A stretch of DNA of 64,000 nt from Mobula hypostoma (lineage: Eukaryota): NCBI RefSeq assembly GCF_963921235.1, contig NC_086108.1, forward strand, positions 79,114,001-79,178,000. Direction: 5' to 3'. The notes beneath the pieces were generated by a model that ran no database searches, was not told the DNA's origin, and saw nothing but the letters and a program-made list of their open reading frames with translations. Of the stretch, positions 13,001 to 25,700 are shown in pieces (the stretch's first letter is position 1; every line of letters starts with the position of its first letter). Position numbers and translations under genes: made by a program.

Positions 13001-13569
13001 TAAATAAGCAAAGTAGATAGTTTTCAAAATATCGATCATGTTAATGCTGCATGACTAATAGCAAATGCGTAAAGGTGTCAGTGACTTAAGATTAATCAAA
13101 GAAATTAATTTTTGATTTTTTTCCCCCCAAGTTTGCCTTCATGTGGTTTCAAGTAATATAGACATATCTTTGCTAAAAGTCCGTGGCCTGTCTCATTGTT
13201 ACTCTGTACTGCCAACACTGCCCCCTCCCAAGGCTTGGTGGTATGAGTGAAAAAAGAATTTAACTAAGAATTATTACTTGTCCCTCTCGTCCTTCTGTTA
13301 TTTGGATATCTTGAATGCATTCTTATTCTATATGACTTTTAAAATACACAGAGACTAATGTTACTCATTCAGTGAAAGCATAAGTATGGGTTAAATTAAA
13401 ACTGTCTTTTATGTATGGCATACTGCTCACTAATATTTTGCAGCCATTTTGTTCAATGACTTGTTTCCAAGATTTTCAGTAAAAGCTAACAATTCAATCA
13501 TTTTTAGTTCTGTGATGCTTGTGTGTGATTTGGTATGATGCCTTTTTATCCGCTGTGCTCAGTTAATAA

Positions 13570-13925
13570 AGCTCTAATTCACAAAGATGTGGGTTCAAAT
13601 TCCATTCCACAAACTCGTACACAAAAATGTAAACTGGCAGTCAAGCTAAGGAAGTGCTGTCTTATTAGCATTACTATTTTTTTAATCGGAAGCCCTGTAA
13701 GCGCTCTCGGCTGGACTGAAAAAATCCGCTGACTCTATTAGTCAATCATTTGTAACTTAATATAACACTTTTTAAAAAATATATTAATTTTTCCATTGCT
13801 GTTTGTGGGATGTTGCTGCAAATCATCTGCCCACATCAAACCTGACTACATACAATTCAGAAAGTACTTAAGGTATAAAGTATTGAAGACATTGTGTAGT
13901 TGAAATGCAGTGTCTAAATGTGGTT
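13570..13925 (+). mobile_element. Degenerate DeuSINE (AmnSINE1/SacSINE1-like)
   Basis: B-box-like GGGTTCAAATTCC near 13591, then CATTGCTGTTTGTGGGATGTTGCTG...TGACTACA...AAAGTACTT. This resembles the Deu domain and tail as I recall them. Confidence 0.65.
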
Positions 13926-14435
13926 TTATTTTCTAATTCTTTACATCTATCTTGTGTTCCAGCTCTATTACATAAACAATTTCTGCTAAAGATGATAACA
14001 GCACGACTCAGTGGTCATCCTGTGTGATGTAACAATGGGATACCGCAGTTATTTTACTAACACAATTTACTGCATGAATTATAATTGAGGAAAAAAAACA
14101 AGGAACTGGAAATGTGAAATAAAATCATGCTGGAAATTCGTTCTATACAATATGTTCTATTTATTAAATATATTGTTCTATATGCTAAATCATGCAGGTC
14201 AGGTTGTATCTGTGGAGAATTTATCATTTTGGTTCTCTCCCCTCCCCCCCCCCCCCCCCAACCCTCCAAATTCAAGTTCTGTTGACACGAGATAGACACC
14301 CGGTTGGTATGTTGCCTCCCAGGTGCCAGGGCCGGGGATGTCTCGGATCAGGTCCACGGCATTCTAAAGGGGAAGGGTGAGCAGCCAGAAGCCTTGGTAC
14401 ATATTGGCACCAATGACGTAGGTTGGAAAAGAAAG

Positions 14436-14655
14436 TGTTAAGTTTCGTAACTTCAAAACATTAAAGTAATTCAAAGACAAACGCGGTGAGTACGAAATAC
14501 GGGTGTATCTTCGAGTTTAAGCGAGGCGCACATGTATCACGTGTATGCAATTAACATTTTTACGTATAATTTGTAATTAATTAAATGAACAGGAATACTT
14601 AACCAAACAATATGCAAGATTACTTAAATGTTATTGAAATATTAAATACACACCA
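14436..14655. mobile_element. Short solo-LTR-like insert inside the CR1 ORF1
   Basis: Termini TGTT...ACCA, flanked by GAAAG (14431-14435) and GCAAG (14656-14660). The CR1 sequence is continuous when it is removed. Confidence 0.65.
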
Positions 14656-15112
14656 GCAAGGAGGTCCTGAAGAGATTTGAGAGAGTTCGGTAGCACGCTG
14701 AAAAGTAGGACCTCCAGGGTAAAACTCTCCGGACTGCAGCCTGTGCCACTTGCAGTGGGCGGTGGTTTAGATTGCTGGTTCATTTGGATCTCTTCTGTGG
14801 AAGCTATGACCTCTGCAAAGCTCCGGAACCCCAGGGGGACAAAATATCATTGCGGGCAGGTTTGCTATAGCTGTTCGGGAGGGTTTAAACTAATTTGATG
14901 GGGTGGAAATTGGAGTGATGGGGCAGTGGATTTGCAATCAGTGTGTAGTGAGACTGTTGGCAAAGACAGGATGATAGGGCAAAATTGTCAACTGGATGAG
15001 TTGCGATGCAAAAGGGGGGATAAAATCAAAAACGGTGATGAATACAGGGGACTGATGTTGTTAACATAAGGTAGATAACTTGTAGTTACAGATTGGTATG
15101 TATGACGTGGGC

Positions 15113-18100
15113 ATAAGACAAAGGAGCAGAATTAGGCCATTTGGCCCATTGAGTTTTCTCCACTTCATCATGGCTGAGCCAATTTTCCCCTCAGCCCCAA
15201 ACTCGTTCCTTCTCCCTGTATCCCTTCACGCCCTGACCAATCAAGAATCTATCAAACTCTGCCTTAAGTATACATAAACACTTGGCCTCCACGTGTGCCT
15301 GTTCAAAAAAAAAATCCCACAGATTCACCACTCTCTGGTTAAAGAAATTCCTCCTCGTCTCCGTTCTGAAAGGATGCCCCTCTATTCTGAGACCGCGTGC
15401 TCTGGTCTTAGACGCTCCCACCATAGGGAACATCCTCTCCACATCCTCTGTATTGAGGCCTTTCACCATTTGATAGGCTTCAATGAGGTCACCCCTCATT
15501 CTTCTGGATTCTAGTGATACATCCCTAGAGCCATCAGACACTATTGATAAGACCTAGCAGAATTAGACCATTTGGCCCATCAAGTCTGCTCCGCCATTCA
15601 ATCATGGCTGATCCTTTTTTTTTATCTCCTCAACCTCAGTTCCTGGCCTTCTCCCTGTAACCTTTGATGCCATGTCCAATCAAGAACCTGTCAATCTCTG
15701 CCTTAAATACACCCAATGACCTGGTTTCCACAGCTGCATGTAGCAACAAATTCCACAAATTCACCACCCTTTGGCTAAAGAAATTTCTCTGCATCTCTGT
15801 TTTGAAAGGGTGCCCCTCTCATCCTAGACTCTCCCACTATGGGAAACATCCTTTCCACATCTACTCTGTCTAGGTCTTTCAACATTTGAAAGGTTTCAAT
15901 GACACCCCCCCCCACCCTTCTGAATTCCAGCGAGTACAGACCTAGAGCCATCAAATGTTTCTTGTATGATAACCCTTCCATTCCTGGAATCATCCTTGTA
16001 AACCTCTGGACCCTCTCCAATGCCAGCACATCTCTTCTAAGATAAGGAGCCCAAAACAGTTCACAATACTCAAGGTGAGGCCTCACCAGTGCCTTATAAA
16101 GCCTCAGCATCACATCCTTCCTCTTGTATTCTAGACCTTTGGAAATGAATGTTAACATGGCATTTGCCTTTCTCACCGCCGACTCAACCTTCAAGTTAAC
16201 CTTTAGGGTGTTCTGCCCAAGGACTCCCAAGTCCCTCTGCAGCTCAGATTCCTGTATTTTCTCCCTGTTCAGAAAATCGTCCACACATTTATTTCTACTA
16301 CCAAAATGCATGACCATGCATTTTCCAACATTGTATTTCATTTGCCACTTTCTTGCCCATTCTCCTAATCTGTATAAGTCCTTCTGCATCCTGTTTCCTC
16401 AACACTACCTGCCCTTCCACCAATCTTTGTATCATCTGTAAACTTGGCAACAAAGCCATCTATTTCATCATCTAAATCATTTATATACAGCGTAAAGAGA
16501 AGTGGTCCCAACACCAACCCTTGCGGTACACCACTGGTCACTGGCAGCCATCCAGACAAGGATCCTTTTATTTCAACTCACTGCCTCCTACCAATCAGCC
16601 AATGCTCTAACCATGTTAGTAACTTTCCTGTAATACCATGTGCTCTTAACTTGGTAAGCAGCCTCGTGTGTCACCTTGTCAAATGCCTTCTGAAAGTCCA
16701 AATGTACAACATCCAATTCATCCTCTTTATCTGTCCTACATGTAATCTCCTCAAAGAATTCAACAGGTTCATCGGGTAGGATTTTCCCTGAACGAAACAA
16801 TGCTGACTTTGTACTTTCTTGTCCTGTGTCACCAAGTACTCCATCACCTCATCCTTAAGAATTCACTCTAACATCTTCCCAACCACTGAGGTCAGGCTAA
16901 CTGGTCTATAATATCCTTTCTGCTGCCTTCTTCCTTTCTTAAAGAGTGGAACAGCATTTGCAATTTTCCAATCCTCTGGCACCGTGCCAGTCCAAAGAAT
17001 TTTGAAAGACAAAGTATGACAAGCTATTCAATCCTGGAATCATTTTTGTGAACCTCCTCTGAACCCTCTCCATTTTCCGCACTTTCTTTCTACGATCAGG
17101 GACCCAAACCTGCTCACAATACTCCCAGTGAGGCCTCACCGGTGCTTTATAAAATTTCAGCATTGCATCCTTGCTTTTGTATTCTAGTCCTCTTGAAATG
17201 AATGCTAACATGGCATTTACCTTCCTCACCAGAGACTCAACCTGCAAATTAACCTTTAGGGAATCCTGCACAAGGACTCCCAAGTACTGTTTTTTGTATT
17301 TTCTATTTAGAAAATAGTCAACCCTTTCATATTTTTCTACCAAAGTGCATGACCATACACTTCCTGACACTGTATTCCACCTGCCATTTCCTTGCCCATT
17401 CTCCTAATCTGTTTAAGTCCTGGAGCTTCACTCTACTTTCTCAAAACTACCTGCCCCTCCATCTATCTTCATATCATCTGCAAACTTTACAACAAAGCCA
17501 TCAATTCCATCATTCAAATTACTTACATATATAAGTTAGGAAGAACTGGCCCCAACACAGACATCTGTGGAACACCACTAATCACTGGCAGCCAATCAGA
17601 TGAGGCTCCCTTTATTCCCCCTCTTTCCCTCCTGCCAATCAGCCACGGCTTTATCCATGCTAGAATCTTTCCTGTAAAACCATGGGCTCGTAGCTTGTTA
17701 AGCAGCATCATGTGTGGCACCTTGTCAAAGGCCTTCTGAAAATCCAAGTATACAACATCAAACTGATTCTCCTTTGTCTATCCTGCTTGTTATTTCTTAA
17801 AAGAATCCCAGAGATTTGTCAGGCAAGATTTTCCATTGAGGAAACCATGCTGACGATAACCTATTTTATATGTGCCTCCAAGTACCCTGAGACCTCATCT
17901 TTGAAAATTGACTCCAACATCTTCCCAATCACTGAGGTCAGACTAACTGGGTTATAGCTTCCTTTCTTCTGCCTCTCTCACTTGGAGTGGAGTGACATTT
18001 ACAATTTTTCAGTCTTCCAGAACAATTCCAGAATCCAATGAATCTTGAAAGATCTTTACTAATGTCCGTGATCTCTTCAGTCACCTCTCTCTGAACTCTG

Positions 18101-18356
18101 GGGTCTACATCATCTGGTCCAGGTGACTTATCTACCTTCGGACATTTGCTTCCCAAGAACCTTCTGTCTAGTTATGATAACTTCACATACTTCATGACCC
18201 CTGACACCTGGAACTTTTACAGTGAAGACTGATGCAAACTACTTATTCAGTTTGCCCATAATTTCCTTGCCCCTATTACTACCGATCCAGCATTATTTTC
18301 TGGTGGTCCAATATCCACCCTTGCCTCTCTTTTACTTTTTATGTACCTGAAGAAAC
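15113..18356 (-). mobile_element. CR1 LINE (RT pseudogene), itself interrupted at ~15550-17010
   Basis: Tail at 15113. ORF fragments 15191-15541 (RMRGDLIE), 16939-17370 (VRPHWEYC), 17523-17747 (DFQKAFDKVPH) and 17938-18156 (KSPGPD). Confidence 0.9.
15550..17010 (-). mobile_element. CR1 LINE nested in the previous CR1
   Basis: A second CR1 tail begins ~15550. ORF fragments 15775-16389, 16365-16559 (SGVPQG, FTDDTK) and 16588-16800. Confidence 0.9.
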
Positions 18357-19250
18357 TTGAATTGTGGCTGAAAGAAGGTTATAGCTGGGAGGTTGACATC
18401 CAAGGACATGCATTATATTGAAAGGTCAGGCATGAAGGCAAAGGGGTTGGGGTGGCTCTTTTGGTTTAAAAAAAATGAAATCGAATCCTTAGACATGACA
18501 GAGGATCAGAAGGTGTAGAATTGATGAGGGTAGAGCTAAGACACAACAAGGGTAAAAAGTCCCTGATAGAAATTATATACTGTACAGACTTCCAAATTGT
18601 TGCAAAGATGTGGACTACAAATCACAACAGGAGATCGACAATGCATATCAAAAGGGCAATGATGTGATAGTCATAGTGTATTTCAATATGCAGGGACATT
18701 GGGAAAATTAGGTTGGTTCTGGATTCCAAGAGGGGGGAATTTAGATGATACCTACAAGATAGCTTTTTTGAGCAGCTTATCGTTGAGCCCACTATTCTGG
18801 ATTGAGTATTATGCAATGAATTGAAAAGAACTCTTGGGAGGCAGTGACTGTAATATGATAGAACTCAGCCTGCAATTTGAGAGGATAAAGCTAAAAGTTA
18901 GATGTATCAGTAATACAGTGAAGTAAAGGGAATTATAGAGACATGAGAGAGGAGTTAGCCAAAGTTGATTGGAAGGAAACACTAGCAGGGATAATGGCAG
19001 AGCAGCAGTGGCTGGAGTTTCTTTGAGTAAATGGGAAGGCACAAGATAGATATATCCCAAAGGAGGAGGAATATTCTAAAGGCAAGGTGACACAAGCGTG
19101 GATAACAAGAGAAATCAAAGCTAACTTAAAAACAAAGAGAGGGATGAAATCAAAATTGATCAGCCATGATGAAATGGGCGGATTCAATGGGCCAAATGGC
19201 CTAATTCTGTTTCTCTATCTTCATTGTCATTCAACTGTATACATGTATAC

Positions 19251-20920
19251 CATAAGACATAGGAGCAGAATTAGGCCACTTGGCCCATCGGGTCTGCTCC
19301 ACCCATCAATCATGGCTGATCCTTTATTTCTCCTCAACCCCATTTCCTGGCCTTCTCCCCATAACCTTCGATGCTATATCCAATAAAGAAACTATCAATC
19401 TCTGTCTTAAATACACCCAACAACCTGGCCTCCACAGCTGCATGTGACAACAAATTCTACAAATTCACCAACCTTTTGCTAAAGAAATTTCTCCGCATCT
19501 CTGTTTTGAATGGATGCCCCTCTATTATGAGGTTGTGCCCTCTTGTCCTAGACTCTCCCACCATGGGGAAACATCCTTTGCTCATCTGCTCTGTCCAGGC
19601 CTTTCAACATTTGAAAGGTTTCGAGGAGATCCCTCCATCCTTCTGAATTCCAGCGAGCACAGACCCAGAGTCTCAAATGTTCCTTGTATGATATCACTTT
19701 CATTCCTGGAATCATCCTTGTGAACCTCCTCTGGACCCTCTCCAATGCCAGCATATCTTTTCTAAGATGAGGAGCCCAAAACTGTTCACAATACTCAAGG
19801 TGAGGCCTCACCAGTGCCTTATAAAGCCTCAGCATCACATCCCTGCTCTTGTGTTCTAGACCATTTGAAATGAATTCTAACATTGTATTTGCATTCCTCA
19901 CCACCGACTCAACCTACAAGTTAACCTTTAGGGTGTTTTGCACAAGGGCTTCCAATGCCTCTGCATCTCAGGTGTTTGGATTTGCTCCCTGTTTAGAAAA
20001 TAGTCTGCACATTTATTTCTACTACCAAAGTGCATGACCATGTATTTTCCAACATTGTATTTTCATTTGCCACTTTCTTGCCCATTCTCCTAATCTTGTC
20101 TAAGTCCCTCTGTGTCCTACCTGTTTCTTCAACACTATCTGCCCCTCCACCAATCTTCGTATCATCTGTAAACTTGGCAACAAAGCTATCTATTTCATCA
20201 CCTAAATCATTTATATTCAGCATTAAAAGGAGTGGTCCCAACACCGAACCCTGTGGAACACCATTAGTCACTGGCAGCCAACCAGACAAGGATCATTTTA
20301 TTCCCACTCGCTGCCTTCTTCCAATCAGCCAATGCTCTAACCATGTTAGTAACTCTCCTGTAATACCATGGGCTCTTAACTTGGTAAGCAGCCTCGTGTG
20401 TCACCTCGTCAAAGGCCTTCTGAAAGTCCAAATGTACAACATCCACTGCATCTCCTTTATCTATCCTACTTGTAATTCCAAAAGGGAGTTCATCAGGCAG
20501 ATTTTCCCTTAAGGAAACCAGGTTGATTTTGTCCTATTTTGTCCTGTGTCAGCAAGTACTCCATCACCTTGTCCTTAACAATTGACTCTAATATCTTCCC
20601 AACCACTGAGGGCAGGCTAACTGGTTTATAATTTCCTTTCTGCTGCCTTCCTCCTTTCTTAAAGAGTGATATTTGCAATTTTCCAATCCTATCGCACCAT
20701 ACCAGAGTCCAATGATTTTTGAAAGATCATTTCTAATGCTACCACAATCTCTAACGCTACCTCTTTCAGAACCCTAGGGTGCAGTTCATCTGGTCCTGAT
20801 GACTTATCTACCTTTAGATCTTACAGCTTTTTGAGCACCACCTTCTTTGTAATAGTAACTGCACCCACTTCTCTTCCTTCACACACGGCAACATTTGGCA
20901 CATTGCTAGTGTCTTCCACA
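19251..20920 (-). mobile_element. CR1 LINE, 5'-truncated
   Basis: RT fragments in ORFs 19548-19904, 19993-20289, 20264-20446 and 20493-20678. Flanked by GTATAC at 19245-19250 and 20921-20926. Confidence 0.92.
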
Positions 20921-21074
20921 GTATACTGCCAAACAAAACAATGTTTCTCCAGACCAGGGTGCACAACACAGTATATATAACTCACACACATAACAAATAA
21001 TATAATATTTCCACAAATAAATTAATGAGTAATGAGGTGCATTTACAATATTAGGACACCACTTGAACTTCATA

Positions 21075-21650
21075 AGTCATAGAAAAGCACAGTACAGAAG
21101 CAGGCCCTTCTGCCCATCTAGTCTGGGCTGAGCCATTGAACTCCCCCCCCAACCTGTGCCATAGGAGATCATAGCCCTTTTTTCCCCACCATACATGTAC
21201 CTATCCAAACTTCTCCTAAACATTGAAATTGAACTTGCATACGCTACTCTACTGACAGTTTATTCACACTCTGATGACCCTCCGAGTGAAGAGATTTCCC
21301 TTCATGTTCCCCTTAAACTTTTCACCTTCCACACCTAACTCATGACCTCTGACCTCTAGTTGTAGTCCCACCCAACCTCAGTAGAAAAAGCCTGCTTGCA
21401 TTTACCCTATCTATGCCCCTCATAATTTTATATACTACTTTCAAATCCCCTCAGTCTTCTACGTTCCAAGGAATAAAGTCCTAACCTATTCAGTCTTTCC
21501 ATATAACTGAGGTCATCTAGACCAGGCAACATCATTGTAAGTTTTCTCTTTACTCTTTCAACCTTATTTACATCTTTCATGTAGGTAGTTGACCAAAACT
21601 GCACACAATATTCCAAATTAGGCCTCACCAACATCTATTCAACTTCAACA
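21075..21650 (-). mobile_element. CR1 LINE 3' fragment (different subfamily)
   Basis: ORF 21428-21634 LVRPNLEYCVQFWS...LYSLERRRLRG, plus 3' tail. Confidence 0.88.
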
Positions 21651-22190
21651 AGGAGTCGAGGAGATTGTTGCTTGAATGGGTCCTGCATACACAGTGCTCT
21701 TGATAAAAAAAAAAAATCTCTGATGGGTGGCAGAGAAACCCCAATGATCTTGGAGTAACAATTATTTTGTACTTTACACTTCTGTATTGGAAGTTACATT
21801 AAACCTTCTTGTATCTTGAAAAACAACCGGCCTCTCAAGCTAATGATCTTTCATCAGCTTTGAAAACGAATAGAAAATGAATATTTTAAGTTAAGTAAGA
21901 TGGACAAGTGGAGGGAATACAGGGAGGTGATGTAAGAGATTGGTGACAAAGGTTGTCCAAGTACAGATACTTTTGAGGCCAGCTACTAGAATGCATTTGA
22001 ACAGTCAAATGCAGATCATGGTGCTTGGTTGAATTGTGAACTAAAAGAAACTTGGGAATACTCAAGAGATCGGGCAGCATTTACTGAGTTAGTGTTACAG
22101 ATGGCTGGCTTGTGTCAAATGGTCACTTCTAACACAAGCAGACAAAGCTATTTACTTAAAAATGTTGAAACAAATATTGGGGAGTAGGAG

Positions 22191-22391
22191 CAACACACAA
22201 AATGCTGGAGGAACTCAGCAGGCCAGGCAGCATCTAGGAGAAGAGTGCAGTGGATGTTTTGGGCCGAAACCCTTGGGCAGGATGAAACATGGGCTGTAGC
22301 CTTTTCCTAGATGCTGCCTGGCCTGCTGAGTTCCTCCAGTATTTTGTGTGGGTTGCTGTGATTTCCAGCATCTGCGGATTTTCTCTTGTTT
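22191..22391. mobile_element. Fold-back Penelope-derived insert
   Basis: caacacacaaaatgctggaggaactcagcaggccaggcagcatctagga and its near-perfect reverse complement at ~22304-22355, with a degenerate hammerhead region between them. Confidence 0.8.
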
Positions 22392-23239
22392 GTATTGAGG
22401 AGGAGTATTACTAAAAGCAAAAAAAAGCCTTGAGGACAGGATTAATTTGCATTGAAGGGGCAGGTGAGTCAGTGAGGGCAGTGCAGTTGATGCAGTATAC
22501 ATGCATGTCAGAAAGGACTTAGATTGATTCAAAAAAAAGGTAAGAGTTACCCGAACTCAAAAATACATCATGTTTTAATATTCTTTATAACAAAAGATGA
22601 TTAAAAACTATTTGAATAGCCATATTTGTGTGCTTCAGTATTTTGAGACTGGCAAATGATTCCACAGAAAAACATTTTTTTAAACAACGACAGCACTTTG
22701 TAATGAACAAGACACCTCATGTTCAAACACCTTTCCTGCGACAAAGTAATTCACATGGATGGTCTAAAAAACATCTGTGGTCTAAAAACATCTGTAACCC
22801 AGACATCCAAAATTAGTGTAGTAGTCCAATCAACATAGCCCTTGCATTTGCCTAATGCATCTGAGTTATGTGTAGTCAGATAAGTTTTCAGATCATATCT
22901 TTTGAGTAGTTCCCTTCTGCAGGTCTATAACCTGTACTCCGTAGACAGTATTGATCAGTTTTAAAAAAAGTTTCCTTTTAATTGCAAAACTTTAACTGCT
23001 TATAACCTATGAACAGTTTTTAAGGCAAATTTACCTTTTTCCTGAAAGATGTTCAATGTCTAACAATCAATAACACTGTCCCCTAGCACCTTTCTACCCT
23101 GCTCCCGAGAGTTAGCTCCCTGTACATCCCAGAGTAGCCAAAGTTTAAGGGGTTCTAATTATGTAAGACAACAAAATGTCCTTTAAGGATCCCTACTCAA
23201 TTAACCTTGTCCCAGAGTGAGCCAACATCTACACCCTCT

Positions 23240-23460
23240 ATTGTGTGGATGACACCAAGATAGATAGAATTGTAGGCAGTATAAAGGGCTATCAAAGAAT
23301 ACATTGGGATATAGGTTAGTTATGGATGTGGGCAGAGAAGTGGCAGATAGAGCTTAAACCAAGCAAGTATGATGTATTTTGAAGGTCAAATGAAAGCAGA
23401 AACCATACAGTCAATAGTAGACCCTTCAAAGCTTTTTAAGTGCAAAGGAGTATTAGAATA
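23240..23460 (+). mobile_element. Degraded CR1 RT fragment
   Basis: gtggatgacaccaagata (xDDTKI) followed by WAEKWQ-like sequence. Confidence 0.65.
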
Positions 23461-24459
23461 TCAAGAATTTGGAACTTGGTGTCTTTTGCCTTAACAAGGA
23501 TCCAAATTCATCTGTTTTTCCAATGATTTTATTTTTAAGAGTTTTTATACTCTAAGAAGAAAGGTAACAGCAGATGATTCAATAGCTATGATGATATCAT
23601 TTACTTCAACATATTGGGTCCAACAAGTAGTTTAATTGTGGGTGTGCACTGTAAGTGACAAGACACCTTGTGTTCAATACCTTTGCTGGAACAAAGTAAT
23701 TTGCATGTGGGCTAAAGGCTTCTGAAGACCGAACCCAGACATTTAAAATTAGTGTATGGGGGGGTTGAATCTCTGTGTACCAAATATACTAATATTGATA
23801 GACAGCAAATATACCAATGACCGGGTTTGATGGGCTAAGTAACATAATAAGTCTGGTCTGGAAACTTCCTTAATCTTTACCACAGTGATGCAAAATAACT
23901 TAGCTGAAGATGTCTGATGCCTGGTTTAAAATAGGCCAATTAACCACTCCATTATCTTACATTTGGTTGATGCATTTGAGAATGTTTCATGTTTCATGAT
24001 CACCTTCTTCTTCAGCCCATTACCCTTACTGGGGCATAGGCCACCGACAGAAGCTCACTGGAGTCCTCTGTCCTGGCCAGTTTTTCACATCTTTATGTCT
24101 TCTAGGCAAAGATCCTTCCTTTCCCAGGAATGATGTGTTTGGAGCTTCTGTGGGTATGTCTGTAGCACTGGGTTTTTATGGGACAGGGTTGCTAGCCCCA
24201 GTCCCAAACTACCTCCTTTCACAGGTGGGCTTGGGATTGTTCATGGTGGAGTTTTCATGGTCATGGTAGATTATAAACCCTATCTTTTGAGCAGCCTCAA
24301 GCTGGGGTCTAGTAGCCTGAGTTCTGCAGCTATTCACAAAGTTGCTCTTTTAATTTCAAAACTGATTACTGTTTGTGGTTTAATTTTAATTTGAAGACCA
24401 GTTCTCCTTTGTATTAATGCCTGGCATTTTCAGACATCCTGAAGGACGTCCTATATTTT

Positions 24460-25500
24460 AACAAGCACTAATTCTATTGGGACCCTTGTTGTTTGATACC
24501 TACATTGATCTGAAATGTAAATGATATGATCGTGAAGATTGCAGATGACATGAAAATTGTGGTGTTGATAGTGAGGGGAATAATTTTTGGCTACAGACAT
24601 TATTGATCTGTTGATGGGAGAGGACAGTGGCAGGAGAATTTTAACTCTAAAAATACAATGTGATAAATAATATCAGGATATACACAATAAGTAGTTGGGA
24701 TTTCAACTGTATTGGAAACAAAGGCATCTGAATGTTCATATTAGAGGATGTCTGAAAGCAGCAGCATTGATGGATAAGGAGGCTACTGCAGGACACAGGA
24801 CATTTAACTTCCTTGGCTGGGGCATTGAGTGTAAGGGCAGGAAAGACATTGCTCAACGTAATGAATTATTGGATGGGCAAAGCATGAATACTGCGTACAG
24901 TTCTAGTCACCACACTAAAGAAAGGATGTGAATATACTGGATAGGTTGCACTGGAGAATTGCCAGTATATTGCATGGAATGGTGCTTTTCTGTCATAAGG
25001 AGATGCCAGGTAGTCTGGGTTTGTTTTCCTTGGATGAGAGGAGGCTGAGAAGAAATAAAGCATAAAAAGCTAGAAGCATTTTTCAGGTTTGGCAGTACCT
25101 GCAAAAAGAGAAATAGTCAAAGGGTCTGGGAGCTGAGTTGGCTCTGTTTCTCCTTCCTTTAAGTGATGTCTGGTCTTCTGGATGTATCTAGCCGTGTCTA
25201 GCCATGTCTCTTTTTACTTCAAATGTCCAGAATCTGTACTTTTTATAGATCAGCACTGGAGAACCTGATTGAGATGCACAGAAATTGAAGGGCATAGATT
25301 GAATAGATAGCCATAAACTTTACCACAGGGCAAAGGTGTCCAAAACAGAAGGGCGTAGGTTTGAGGTAAAGGAGTCAGAGTGGATCTGAAAAAAGAAATT
25401 TCTTCATCAGAGGATGTTTGTAATCTGGTACACACAGATGGAAGGGCTGATGGAAGCAGACATTTCTACAAAATCTATCAAGTATTTATGATGAGTGTTC
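24460..25500 (+). mobile_element. Highly degraded CR1 RT/3' fragments
   Basis: gcagatgacatgaaaattg (ADDMKI), EYCVQF-like sequence at ~24886, and a gaggaggctgag remnant. The 3' part resumes at ~25250. Confidence 0.6.
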
Positions 25501-25519
25501 AAAACACCAAAGCATAAAA

Positions 25520-25700
25520 AAACCCCAAAACAATTGCTGGAGGAACTCAGCAGGTCAAGCAACATCTGCAGAGGGGAAAGGTCTTGACCTGACAGGTTGA
25601 CTGTCCATTTCATTAACAGATACAGTACTACCTAACCTGATACGTTTCTCCAGCAACTTGTTTTTTTTTCGTTCCAAATTCCAGCATCTGTAGCCTTGTG
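25520..25700. mobile_element. Degenerate fold-back Penelope-like terminal repeat
   Basis: ttgctggaggaactcagcaggtcaagcaacatct...tttctccagcaa...ttccagcatctgtag. Confidence 0.65.

Larger units (their letters stand above)
14275..19220 (+). mobile_element. Old CR1 LINE (ORF1 esterase, ORF2 endonuclease, 3' tail) in pieces: ~14275-14435, 14656-15112, ~18357-19220
   Basis: LVCCLPGARAGDVSDQVHGILKG and LVHIGTNDVG (SGNH-like ORF1). It resumes after the inserts with WLKEGYSWEVDIQG...EGKGVGVAL (endonuclease). CR1 tail at ~19155-19220. Confidence 0.8.
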
